Origin: Planctomycetota bacterium
GTDB lineage: Bacteria > Planctomycetota > UBA1135 > UBA2386
Direction of reading: 5' to 3'
DNA length: 64,000 bases
Assembly: GCA_965223545.1 (NCBI GenBank)
Contig: OZ245006.1
Coordinates: 5,056,001-5,120,000, forward strand
In this document: positions 1 to 9,432 of the stretch, in pieces
Layout of the letters: each line of letters opens with the position of its first letter
Numbering within the stretch: position 1 is the stretch's first letter
Made by a program: the position numbers and the translations under genes
The notes under the pieces: generated by a model
The model's database searches: none
The model's input: only the letters and a program-made list of their open reading frames with translations
Told to the model about the DNA's origin: nothing

Positions 1-1433
1 TGCTGCAGGCGTGTCGCGGCGTGCAGGCGCTGCACGACCACTCGCTGGTGCACTTCGACCTGAAGCCGGCGAACGTCTTCCTGCACGGCGACGTGGCGCG
101 GGTCGGAGACTACGGCCTGTCGAAGCTGGTGGCGCAGTCGCGCAACACGATGTCGATGGGGCGCGGCACGCCGTACTACATGGCGCCGGAGATGCTGCAG
201 GGGCGCGGCGATGCGCGCAGCGACATCTACTCGCTGGGCATCATGCTGTTCGAGTGCGCCGCCGGGACGCTGCCGTTTCGCGGTGATTCCGAATGGGAGG
301 TGCTGCGCCAGCACGAGGAGGCGGAGCCCGAATTCCCACCGCAGGTCCCGCCGCAGCAGGCCGCCGTGCTGCGGCGCTGCTTGGCGAAGGACCCGAACCA
401 GCGCTACCAGAGTGTCGATGCCCTGCTCGCGGCGTTTCTCGACGGCGTCGACCCGAACCGCTGTGAGGTGCCGCCGCCCGCGTCGGGGCCGGAGGATGCA
501 GCGCCGGTCGACGACGGTGAGGCGTCCGATCACGCCAGAGAGCTGGCGGATTCGGCAAGGGTGTTGGCGCGCGAAGCGATGGTCGCGGCACGGGCGGTGA
601 TGCACGGGGTGCGCGGGTCGGTGCCGAACGCGGCGCGTCTGAAGGAGGCGGCGCACGCATTCGGGGGCCGGGCGCGCGTCGCCGGTGAGAAGGTCGCCGC
701 TTCGGCGGTGCGCACCGCCCGTCGCTGTGCGCGCCATCCACAGACACGGTTGGGCTTGAGCAAGCTGGCGAGCGGCGCGCCCTGGAAGGCTTGGTGCGAG
801 GGGCGTGCCGAGCGGCGCGCGCGGCGTGCCGAGGCGCGTGTCGCCGCCCGAAGCCGCCGCCGCCGGCGCTTCGCGACGCTGGCATCGTTCGCGCTGGTGT
901 TCGCGGTGTTCGTCTTCGTCGTCGATCAAAGGGACCGGTCGCGGAAGCAGAAGTTCGTGGGCGGTGCCCTGTCGGGTGCGCACGCGCGTGCCATCGCGTC
1001 GATCGCCGAGCTGCAGCTGGCTGGAATGGGCGAGCAGCAGCGCATCGATCCGAGCCAGGTGCGGCGGGCAGTGGCCGACGTGTCCGAGTGGGCGCGCACC
1101 GAGCCGCCGCCTGCGCTCGACAGCGTGCTGCGCAGCCACGGCGCCGCGGGAGTGGTCGCTGCGCAAGCGGCGCTCGAACAGCTCGACCCGGCGGCCGCCG
1201 GAGTGTTGGCGCGGGCCGAGCTCCTCGCGGCCTTCCTGCGCGAGCGGCTCGCGATCCAGACCTCGGATCACGATCCCCTGGCCGACGGTGGTCGGTCGAT
1301 CGCGGATCGCTTGGCCGACTCGGCGTGGGTTTGGCGGCAGGCGCTGCTCGAAAGTGCCGCCGATCCGACCGCGTTCTTGTGGATGCGCCAGCGGGCGTTG
1401 GCCCCGGCCGCCGTCGAGATCCGCAAACGCTGA
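1..1433 (+). CDS. Ser/Thr protein kinase with downstream TM helix (5'-truncated by window edge)
   Basis: HFDLKPAN catalytic loop, GDYG, GTPYYMAPE and DIYSLG motifs; hydrophobic segment FALVFAVFVFVV. Confidence 0.9.
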   Translation, partial: LQACRGVQALHDHSLVHFDLKPANVFLHGDVARVGDYGLSKLVAQSRNTMSMGRGTPYYMAPEMLQGRGDARSDIYSLGIMLFECAAGTLPFRGDSEWEVLRQHEEAEPEFPPQVPPQQAAVLRRCLAKDPNQRYQSVDALLAAFLDGVDPNRCEVPPPASGPEDAAPVDDGEASDHARELADSARVLAREAMVAARAVMHGVRGSVPNAARLKEAAHAFGGRARVAGEKVAASAVRTARRCARHPQTRLGLSKLASGAPWKAWCEGRAERRARRAEARVAARSRRRRRFATLASFALVFAVFVFVVDQRDRSRKQKFVGGALSGAHARAIASIAELQLAGMGEQQRIDPSQVRRAVADVSEWARTEPPPALDSVLRSHGAAGVVAAQAALEQLDPAAAGVLARAELLAAFLRERLAIQTSDHDPLADGGRSIADRLADSAWVWRQALLESAADPTAFLWMRQRALAPAAVEIRKR

Positions 1434-1460
1434 CCCTTGCGGCGCGCGTCGGTCGCGCCG

Positions 1461-2966
1461 ATGCCGGTGAATCGCTACTCTCCGGCTGTGCGGTTCTTGG
1501 CGGCGGTGTGGCTCTTGTTTGCCGTCGGCACCCCGGTGCCGACGATCGATGCGCAGGTCCCCGCGGTCGGCGAGCTCGTGGGCAGCGATGCGCTCGCACC
1601 ACGCGAGTTTCGCGCCGCGTGGGTGGCGAGCGTCGCCAACATCGATTGGCCCAGCCGCCCCGGTCTGTCCACCGAGCAGCAGCGCGACGAGCTGATGGCC
1701 GTGCTCGACCGCGCCGAGGCACTGCGCCTCAACGCCATCGTGCTGCAGGTGCGGCCGATGTGCGACGCGCTCTACGACTCACCGCTGGAGCCGTGGTCGG
1801 GATGGCTGACGGGGGTGGAGGGACAGCCGCCGGATCCGTTCTGGGACCCACTGGCGACCGCGGTCGAGGAAGCGCACGCGCGCGGTCTGCAGCTGCACGC
1901 ATGGCTCAACCCGTACCGGGCGCGCCACAGCCAGGCCAAGTGGGCGCCGAGCGCGAAGCATGTGCAGCGCGCGCAGTCGCGGGCGGTCGTGCGCTACGGC
2001 AAGCAGCAGTGGATGGACCCGGGCGAGCCGGCGGCGCAGCGCCAGACCGTGGCGGTGGTGCGCGACCTGGTGCGGCGCTACGACATCGACGGCATCCACA
2101 TCGACGACTACTTCTACCCCTACCCCGAGAAGGGCGTCGACTTCCCGGACGACCGCACGTGGCAGCTGTACCGCAGTGAAGGGGGTGGCCTGAGTCGGAG
2201 CGATTGGCGCCGGCGCAACGTCGACCGGCTGGTCGAGCGGATCTACCGCACGATCAAAGAGCTCAAGCCCTGGGTGCTGTTCGGCATCAGCCCGTTCGGC
2301 ATCGCGCGGCCGGGCGTGCCGGCGGGCATCTCCGCCGGCATCGATCAGTACGAGGCGCTGTACGCCGACGTCGGCCGCTGGTTGGACGAGGGGTGGTGCG
2401 ACTACCTGGCGCCACAGCTGTACTGGCCGATTGCGCAGAAAGCGCAGAGCTACCCGGTGTTGCTGCGCTACTGGGCGGAGCACAACCCGCGCGGCCGGCA
2501 TGTCTGGCCCGGCAGCTACACCAGCAAGACCATCACCGCGGGTTGGCCGGTGGACGAGATCGCCGACCAGATCGGCTGGACCCGTCGCGTGCCCGGAGTG
2601 AGCGGGCACGTTCACTTCAGCTTCAAGGCGTTGCGCGGCGACGTCGGCGCAGCGCTGCGCCGCCAGGTCTACGGTGAGCGCGCGTTGGTCCCGGCCGCCG
2701 ATTGGCTCGGCCGTGATCGGCCGCCGGTGCCGTCGGCGCGCGCGGTCACCGACGGTCCCGACCTTGTGATCACCCTGTCGCCGCCGGCGGGGGCGCGTTG
2801 GAGTTGTGTGTACGAACGCCGGCGCGGCCGCTGGCTGCTGGCCGCGCAGCTGCCGGTCAACCACACGCGGGCCAGTGTGCTGCGCGACGGCCTCGAGGCG
2901 GTGGCGGTGAGCGCGCTGGACGCCTTTGGCCAGCAGAGCGACGCGCGGGTCGTCTGGCGGCGCTGA
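1461..2966 (+). CDS. Family-10-like glycosyl hydrolase (YddW/DUF187 type), secreted
   Basis: REFRAAWVASVANIDWPS, QVRP, HAWLNPYR, DIDGIHIDDYFYPY and DYLAPQLYW motifs; start approximate. Confidence 0.88.
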   Translation: MPVNRYSPAVRFLAAVWLLFAVGTPVPTIDAQVPAVGELVGSDALAPREFRAAWVASVANIDWPSRPGLSTEQQRDELMAVLDRAEALRLNAIVLQVRPMCDALYDSPLEPWSGWLTGVEGQPPDPFWDPLATAVEEAHARGLQLHAWLNPYRARHSQAKWAPSAKHVQRAQSRAVVRYGKQQWMDPGEPAAQRQTVAVVRDLVRRYDIDGIHIDDYFYPYPEKGVDFPDDRTWQLYRSEGGGLSRSDWRRRNVDRLVERIYRTIKELKPWVLFGISPFGIARPGVPAGISAGIDQYEALYADVGRWLDEGWCDYLAPQLYWPIAQKAQSYPVLLRYWAEHNPRGRHVWPGSYTSKTITAGWPVDEIADQIGWTRRVPGVSGHVHFSFKALRGDVGAALRRQVYGERALVPAADWLGRDRPPVPSARAVTDGPDLVITLSPPAGARWSCVYERRRGRWLLAAQLPVNHTRASVLRDGLEAVAVSALDAFGQQSDARVVWRR

Positions 2967-2973
2967 CCAAAGC

Positions 2974-3441
2974 CTACGCGTCGTCCTCGGGATCGTCGTC
3001 GATGCGCTCGCCGAGCAGCTGGAACCGAACCCAGGCCTCGCCGCGCTCGGTGAGCCGCCAGCGTCGGTTGTCCACCGCGAACAGCTTCTTGCGCGCCTTC
3101 TGGTTCAAGGTGTCGGTGATGTTGGCCGGCGCCGACTCGCCCGCCTGCTCGAGGATCTCGACGATGTCGCCGCTGCGCCACCGCGACCAGCCCTTGTACT
3201 CCTGCAGCCAGAGGGCGACGACCCCGGCCTTCTCGCCGTAGGTCCGTGCCGAGGAGCGCTCGAGCAGCGACTTCGCGGTCGGTACCGGCTTCTCGGGCTC
3301 GAACTCCTGCAGCAGGTCGCCCCACTGCGCGCGCACCGCGCCCAGCAGTGCCTCGAGCTGGCCGCGGTCGAAGCCAGTCGGGACCGAGACCTCCACCTGA
3401 TTCTTGTGGAAGCGGATCGTGGCGCCTGACGGGTCGGCCAT
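2974..3441 (-). CDS. Hypothetical protein, possible C-terminal winged helix
   Basis: 155 aa ORF with protein-like composition; WRLTERGEAWV resembles a wHTH wing. Confidence 0.65.
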   Translation of the reverse strand: MADPSGATIRFHKNQVEVSVPTGFDRGQLEALLGAVRAQWGDLLQEFEPEKPVPTAKSLLERSSARTYGEKAGVVALWLQEYKGWSRWRSGDIVEILEQAGESAPANITDTLNQKARKKLFAVDNRRWRLTERGEAWVRFQLLGERIDDDPEDDA

Positions 3442-4161
3442 GACAGATCCATCGGCAGAAGAGAAGCGCGACCTGAGCCCAGAATAGGTTTTCTCGTCTG
3501 GGCTCGTGGTCGGCGGAGCCCTTGCCGCGACGCGGGGTGGTCATCGCGCCGAGCAAGCGGGTCCACAGGGCGAGCAGGTGGACCTGGCTCAGATCGACGG
3601 CGAAGCCGCTGTCGGCCAGGGTGGGGGCCACGTGGGCACCGATCAACGCGATCAGCGGCCCGAGCGGCAGGCGGCGTTCGGCTTGGGGGTGAGTCTCCAT
3701 GGTCTCTCTCGTGTCGTTCCCCGCGGGGTTGCGCGGATACGAGATGCTTCGAGAACCCGGAGGGTCGACCTGAAGAGGTCTTGCTAGAAATCGTCGGCGG
3801 AAGCTCTTCCCGCCTAGTTTCTTCCGCGGGGTGTGGTCTCCGCGGCGCCGAACGCGGACAGCTCCTCGACATCGGCCGTCACGAACAACGGACCATCCCG
3901 CGGCCGACGTCGATCGGCGCGATCCCCGTCCGCCCGGGTCTCGGTTGTAGTGCCGGCGCGTCGCTCCGGTCGCGCCGTTCCCCCAGTGCCCTCGGTGTGG
4001 GTTCACCATCACGGTTACTGGCCCGTTGGGAATCTCTCAAGAAAGGGGGACGGGCGAGCACCCTTGGCGGAATGAACTTCGCTGGCCAGCCGAACTCCTT
4101 TGTCACCACAACCAGATCAACGACAGAAGCGCCATGAAGCGAACCCTCCTTGCACGGCGCT

Positions 4162-5406
4162 TCAGGAATCTGTGTGGGTAGCTGAAGCTGGATAGAGGTC
4201 GAGGCCGCCGAGATGGAAGAGGATGGCGTTGCGAAAGCGGTGGCGGTTGCGGAAGCCGCAGGCCATCTTCTTGACACGCTGAATCTTGGCATTGATCGAC
4301 TCGCTGAGGGCGTTGGACACGCCCTGGGTCACGGCGTTGACGATGCCCCAGAGATGATCGCGGATCATCCGGGCCGCTTGCTTCATCGGTTCGATGCGAC
4401 TGCGCATGGCCCAGCCGATCCACTTCTTCCAGGCTCTGCGTGCGTTGCCGGGCCTGAGGTATGTCCAGAGCTTGGTGGCGGCCTCCTTGATGGCCCAAGC
4501 CTTGGCGGTCTTCAGGCCAGCCTGGCGCAGGATGTCGACGATCTCCTCCTGATGGTCGTCGAGCGAGTCGCCGCGTCGCAGCAGGAGGTGCTTGGTTCGC
4601 GTGAGGGTCATGTCGCCCATTGCCGACAGAGCCTTGTGCTCGTCGCACCGGACCTTGTTCAAGGCATCGCCGAGAGCCTTGGAGACATGGAAACGATCGA
4701 AGGCGATCTTGCGATCGGCGTCGGGGACGTGATCCCTGGTCGACGCGATGTAGGACTTGCTCATGTCCATCGCGACGATCTCGAGGCCGGCCAGCCGCTC
4801 TGCGCCTTCCGCCTTGTAGAAGCCGTCCAGGGACGACTTTCGGCGGTGGTCCGCGACATAGATGACATCGGAGGTCGTGAGATCCGTGACGACCGTGACG
4901 TACTCGTGCCGCTTCTGGAACGAGGTCTCGTCGACGGCAATGGCGATGAGGTCGCGCTTCTCGCGCCGTGCGAGGCCACGGTCGACCGCCCGTTTCATCA
5001 CGCCATCGACTTCGTCCCAGGTCAGATCGAGCCGTCGAGCGACCGCCGAGATCGTGGCCTCCTTCAGCCAGTCGATGATCAGAGCCTCGTAGAGCGCCGT
5101 GAAGGGAGAGCCAGGAGCTGCCCACGGAACGTCGATCTGTCGGACGCCGTGTTCCGCGCATTCCACCCGCGGCACCTCCGCTTCGAGGATGGTCTGGTAC
5201 TGACAGGTGTCGAGGTGGCGCCAGCGGCGATGCCGCGTGTCATACCCCGGGCAGTCCTTGCCGCATTCCGGGCAGATCAGCACAGACCGATTGCCTGCCT
5301 CGACCTTCACCGCGACCAGCTCGAGCTTCGGGTCCAAGTCGACGTCGGTCACCTTCCACGGTGCCTTCAGCCCAAGAATCGTGGCGTAGAGATCACGGTC
5401 GCGCAT
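4162..5406 (-). CDS. ISL3 family transposase
   Basis: CPECG zinc finger, RRWRHLD, AVDETS, AMDM, FDRFHV, SESINAKIQ and GFRN motifs. Confidence 0.95.
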   Translation of the reverse strand: MRDRDLYATILGLKAPWKVTDVDLDPKLELVAVKVEAGNRSVLICPECGKDCPGYDTRHRRWRHLDTCQYQTILEAEVPRVECAEHGVRQIDVPWAAPGSPFTALYEALIIDWLKEATISAVARRLDLTWDEVDGVMKRAVDRGLARREKRDLIAIAVDETSFQKRHEYVTVVTDLTTSDVIYVADHRRKSSLDGFYKAEGAERLAGLEIVAMDMSKSYIASTRDHVPDADRKIAFDRFHVSKALGDALNKVRCDEHKALSAMGDMTLTRTKHLLLRRGDSLDDHQEEIVDILRQAGLKTAKAWAIKEAATKLWTYLRPGNARRAWKKWIGWAMRSRIEPMKQAARMIRDHLWGIVNAVTQGVSNALSESINAKIQRVKKMACGFRNRHRFRNAILFHLGGLDLYPASATHTDS

Positions 5407-5509
5407 CCGTGCAATCTACCGGCGCACGCCACCAGCATCGCTCCTCGCTCACCCGCAGCTCCGTCACCCTCGGCGTCGGTCGCACCCTCCAAGGCCGGCG
5501 CCGAGGGTG

Positions 5510-7542
5510 TTGCGCCTGGCATGGGCGCAGAGTTGAAGATGAAAGTTCTTTATGGATCCGTACTGGAGGAAACCATGAGTCGAAGGCAGCTGCACGAGGC
5601 AGAAAGGGGAGCCGTGTGCCGTCCGAGAGGGCGGTGCGCGGTGTTGATCCGGGATGCCAGAACAGGACGGACACCGTGCCGTGCTGTTCCCGCGAGGTCG
5701 TGTGGGATGGAAGCCCTAGACGCAGCGCAGCACCGAGCGAAAGCGAAGTTCCGTAAGGCTCTCGAGGTCTGGGTCAGCGTGCCATCCAACGTGACGCCCG
5801 ATATCCAGTCGCGACCTCGGAGTACTGGAACCGGCGGCGGCGCGAAACTCTGCGTTCTTACCCAGGGAGATCTCTGTGTGTCCGCTTCGAGCGGTAGGTG
5901 GGGAGGAGGCAACGACGACCCACCAAGGCATGCAGCGAAGTCGGATCACCCCGTAGTAGTGATGAAGCCGGGTAATGCCGGTGGAGCGAAGGGGGTGACA
6001 GGATGAGAAAGCCGAAACCACGGCAACTGCAGTTCGCTTTCGCCGAGAGCCCGCAAGGGGACGGCGTGGCCGGAAGGGCAGACGAATCTGCCACGAAGTC
6101 CACGTCGGTGCCTACGACGGATTGCAGCCATCGATCGGAATCGGCTCCACCGCCAGCGGACGGCTACTGCCATCTGCTGGAGCTGGTCGCGGAGCAGGGC
6201 AACCTGCGAAGCGCACTGGCACATGTCGTAAGCAAGAAGGGCGCCCCGGGCGTCGACGGACAGACGGTGTCAGAGGTCAAGCGTCATGCGAAACACCTGC
6301 TCCCGAAACTCCGCGATGCTCTGCTCATGGAGACCTACGCGCCCGGCGATATTCGTCGGGTGTGGATCCCGAAGCCCAGTGGTGGGCAGCGGGGTCTCGG
6401 GATTCCAACCGTGATCGACCGCTGGGTCCAACAGGCCGTGCGCCAGATTCTGGAGCCGATCTACGACCCGACGTTCCACGACAGCAGCCACGGCTTCCGG
6501 CCGAGGCGGGGAGCCCACACAGCGATCGCCGAAGCAGCGGGTTACGTGAAGCAGGGTCGGCGGTACACGGTGGACATCGATTTGGAGAAGTTCTTCGACC
6601 GTGTCCATCACCAACGCCTCCTGGACCGGCTGGCTCAGAAGGTGAAGGACCGTCGGGTGCTGCGGATCATCCGCCTGATGCTGAAAGCGAACGTGGTTCT
6701 TCCAGATGGCACCCGCGTCATCACGGAAGAAGGAACGCCCCAGGGCGGCCCGCTATCACCTCTGCTGTCCAACATCGTCCTGGACGAACTGGACTGGGAG
6801 TTGGAACGACGCGGGTTGCGTTTTGTGCGCTACGCCGACGACTGCAATATCTACGTCGGTAGCGAGCGCTCAGGACACCGGGTCATGGCTTCGATTCGCA
6901 GGTTCATCGAACGTCGCGTGCGACTGAAAGTGAACGAAGCGAAGAGTTCCGTCGACCTGGCCCATCGCCGGCACTTCCTCGGGTTTCGCGTAGGCGCAAC
7001 TCGAAAGGGCTGGCTGACGGTGCAGTTGTCCCGTCGCACTCTGGATCGCATCGACGCCCGAATCCGTGAGCTTACGCCGCGGTCCTGGGGTGGTCGGCTG
7101 TCCTGGTGCATCGAACGACTGAACCGTTACCTCCGTGGTTGGATCGGCTACTTCAAGCTGATCACGAAGGCCGCGTGGCGGACCTTGCGGAATCTCGATG
7201 GCCATATTCGACGACGCCTGCGGGCGATCATCATTCGGCAGAAGAAGAGACCGCGATACCTCTTCCGAGACCTTGTCGCCCGTGGGTGCAGCTGGCAGTC
7301 GGCTGCACGCACCGCGTTTGGCCGGCGTGGCACGTGGTGGCAGAGCAACTCGGGAGCGATCAAACGCGCTTATCCCAATCAGTGGTTTGCTGAGCGGCTG
7401 GTGTCGCTTTCCAAGCTCTGGGACGAGCGCCGCTACGACTGGCGGCCCCTTTGGGGGATACCGTCCTGAAGAGCCGGATGTGTGACCCACAAGTCCGGTT
7501 CTGTGAGAGCTGCGGGGGGGCAACCCCCCGCGGCTACTCGGC
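5510..7542 (+). mobile_element. Group II intron
   Basis: 5' end TTGCGCCTGGCATGGGCGCAG; RT ORF; DV GAGCCGGATG...CAAGTCCGGTTC at 7471-7501; DVI hairpin with bulged A ending CTACTCGGC; excision restores a long flanking hairpin. Confidence 0.9.
6003..7469 (+). CDS. ltrA: Group II intron reverse transcriptase/maturase, no evident HNH domain
   Basis: APGVDG, RGLGIPT..DR, SHGFRP, DIDLEKFFD, GTPQGGPLSPLLSNI and RYADD motifs; thumb region LRGWIGYF. Confidence 0.95.
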   Translation: MRKPKPRQLQFAFAESPQGDGVAGRADESATKSTSVPTTDCSHRSESAPPPADGYCHLLELVAEQGNLRSALAHVVSKKGAPGVDGQTVSEVKRHAKHLLPKLRDALLMETYAPGDIRRVWIPKPSGGQRGLGIPTVIDRWVQQAVRQILEPIYDPTFHDSSHGFRPRRGAHTAIAEAAGYVKQGRRYTVDIDLEKFFDRVHHQRLLDRLAQKVKDRRVLRIIRLMLKANVVLPDGTRVITEEGTPQGGPLSPLLSNIVLDELDWELERRGLRFVRYADDCNIYVGSERSGHRVMASIRRFIERRVRLKVNEAKSSVDLAHRRHFLGFRVGATRKGWLTVQLSRRTLDRIDARIRELTPRSWGGRLSWCIERLNRYLRGWIGYFKLITKAAWRTLRNLDGHIRRRLRAIIIRQKKRPRYLFRDLVARGCSWQSAARTAFGRRGTWWQSNSGAIKRAYPNQWFAERLVSLSKLWDERRYDWRPLWGIPS

Positions 7543-9432
7543 GCGGAGCGAAGGGTGAGCGCCCGTCAGCTCTTGATCCTGAGGAAGAGGGAGTCACCGT
7601 CTACCCACACGAATTCCTGAAGACCCCCTTGCACTCGCTGTCCTTTCGTCGACTGCCACCGCGCAATACCAACCCACGCAGGTCTACAACATGGAGACCG
7701 AGCCCATTCTCGGCTCGGGAACGCCGAGTACGACCAGCTTGGGGGCTGCGCTCGACGCGGACATCGTCCGAACAGGTCTCACGTCGCCCCGGTTTATCGG
7801 GTTGGCTGCCTTCGCTAGCGGGCTATTCCCATTCACCTGGGATGGGCCGACCACGGCGCCGAATTTTGGGTCAGCTCTGGCGGGGTCCGGGTCGGGCGCG
7901 GTGGGCGTCACCATTCTCCCTCGACAGACGAACGTCGCGCCCGGCTCGCGGCTGACTGGCTTCGCGTACTTGTTTCCCGGCGGCGTGCCCAGGCCAACGC
8001 TCTTCGACGTCTTTATCGGCAGTTCCAACGTGCCTCCGTCAACGGCCAACTCTCGGGGTGCGAACGTGCCGACAACCTCGCTGGATCTCACGGCGGAGTT
8101 GGTTTGGCTCCAAGGTGCCTCAGTCCCATATGTGATCTACTGGGGTGCGAGCCAGTCACCGAGCCAGTTGGTTGCGGCTACGATCGATATGGTGACTGGT
8201 TCCGTAGGCTCGGCGTTCCCGGTGGCCGAGCCGCCCTCAGGCATGGGCACCCACCTTTATCTTGATACTCTTGTCGATGAGGATGGGCGGGCGCGGGCCT
8301 TGATCACTTCCGAACTCAGGACCGGGGGAAGAGACATTCACTTCTGGCCGAACTTCAGCACTCCCGGTGCCTCAACTCAACCATCTGTCCAATTCTTGAC
8401 GGGCCTCTATTCATCGGTTGCCGCGGTCGATGGCACTGTATTGGTTCGCAATGACTCCCTGCCGAACCCTCTATGGGAGCGCTACGGGATGTTCATGCTA
8501 TCGGGCCCCGATGCCGATACCTCGGCGTTTGGCACGACGGTCAATCAGTTCGCCTGGATTCCGCCAGACTACTCTCCCCTTTCGCTGTCTTTGTTGCTCG
8601 ACCCGGTGCTGAACTCCACCGGGACTCCAATGTTCGTGCTCTATCCTAATCGTCAGCATGCTAAGGGAGTTTTTCATTTGACCCACCTGGCCTACCCGGT
8701 CCCAATGGCGAACATGGGGGGTGTCTATCGCGGGAGCTGGGTCGTCCCCGCCTTGGCGCAGGGTGTTTCAGGGTGGTACAGCCAGGCGATCGGCCTCGAC
8801 CCAGTTACGGCTTGGGCGCCCAACGTCGCGGATCTCTGAGTGTTGGCCGGCGGCGAAGGCCCATCGCCTACGACGGCCGGCGGGCGAGGCCGACCACGGC
8901 GCGCACGGTGATCCACAGGCCCGTGGTCCACCAGATTGCGTCGAGCGCGGTCGGCGCCGACGTGTCGACCGAGGCAAGCGTCCCGATGCCGATCGCGCTG
9001 GCGGCGAGCATCCCGTTGCGCATGTAGGCGTAGTGGCGGGAGCCCCAGTGGATGCCGTCGGTGACGAAGCTGACCGCGTTGAGTGGTTGGGCTACGGCCG
9101 CGATCCACCAGGCCGAGGCGAAGACGCCGTGCGCGGCCGCGGGGACGAGCTCGGCCGCGACCCAGTCGGTCGAGGCCCACATCGCGGCGGTGAGCATGGC
9201 TCCGGTGAGCACGCCCCACGCCAGCGAGGTGCGGGCAGCGCGGCGGGCGAGGTCGAGCCGAGCAGCTCCGGCGAAGGCGCCGACCAGCACCTGCGCCGCG
9301 GTGGCGAAGCCGTAACTGTTCCGGCACGCACGTTCTTCGCGCCGCGCCGAACCGGCGCATGAACAGAAACTTCGGCCACCGGGTGTCGGCACCGGCGCCG
9401 GCCACGACGGTGACCGTCCGTAGCTGGCTGGG

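Larger units (their letters stand above)
4156..7626 (-). mobile_element. ISL3-family insertion sequence carrying a group II intron
   Basis: 26-bp imperfect IRs at 4156-4181 and 7601-7626 (22/26 match); 8-bp TSD CCTTGCAC at 4148-4155 and 7627-7634. Confidence 0.93.
4134..8839 (+). pseudogene. Secreted protein gene interrupted in its signal peptide by ISL3 (pieces 4134-4155 and 7635-8839)
   Basis: Removing the IS and one TSD gives in-frame MKRTLLALAVLSSTATAQYQPTQVYN-METEPILG..., continuing as ORF 7691-8839. Confidence 0.85.

Noticed and set aside
3500..3701. Possible gene starting METHPQAERR on the minus strand
   Set aside because: The frame runs on through the whole 2974-3441 gene in another frame and has no recognisable family, so it is unsupported
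5446..5509. Integron attC site as the intron target
   Set aside because: No integrase, cassette array or clear RYYYAAC/GTTRRRY boxes; the hairpin lies inside the ISL3
6003..7469. RT as part of a retron, DGR or defence system
   Set aside because: It is flanked by group II intron 5' end and DV/DVI structures; no template/variable repeat pair or msr-msd was seen
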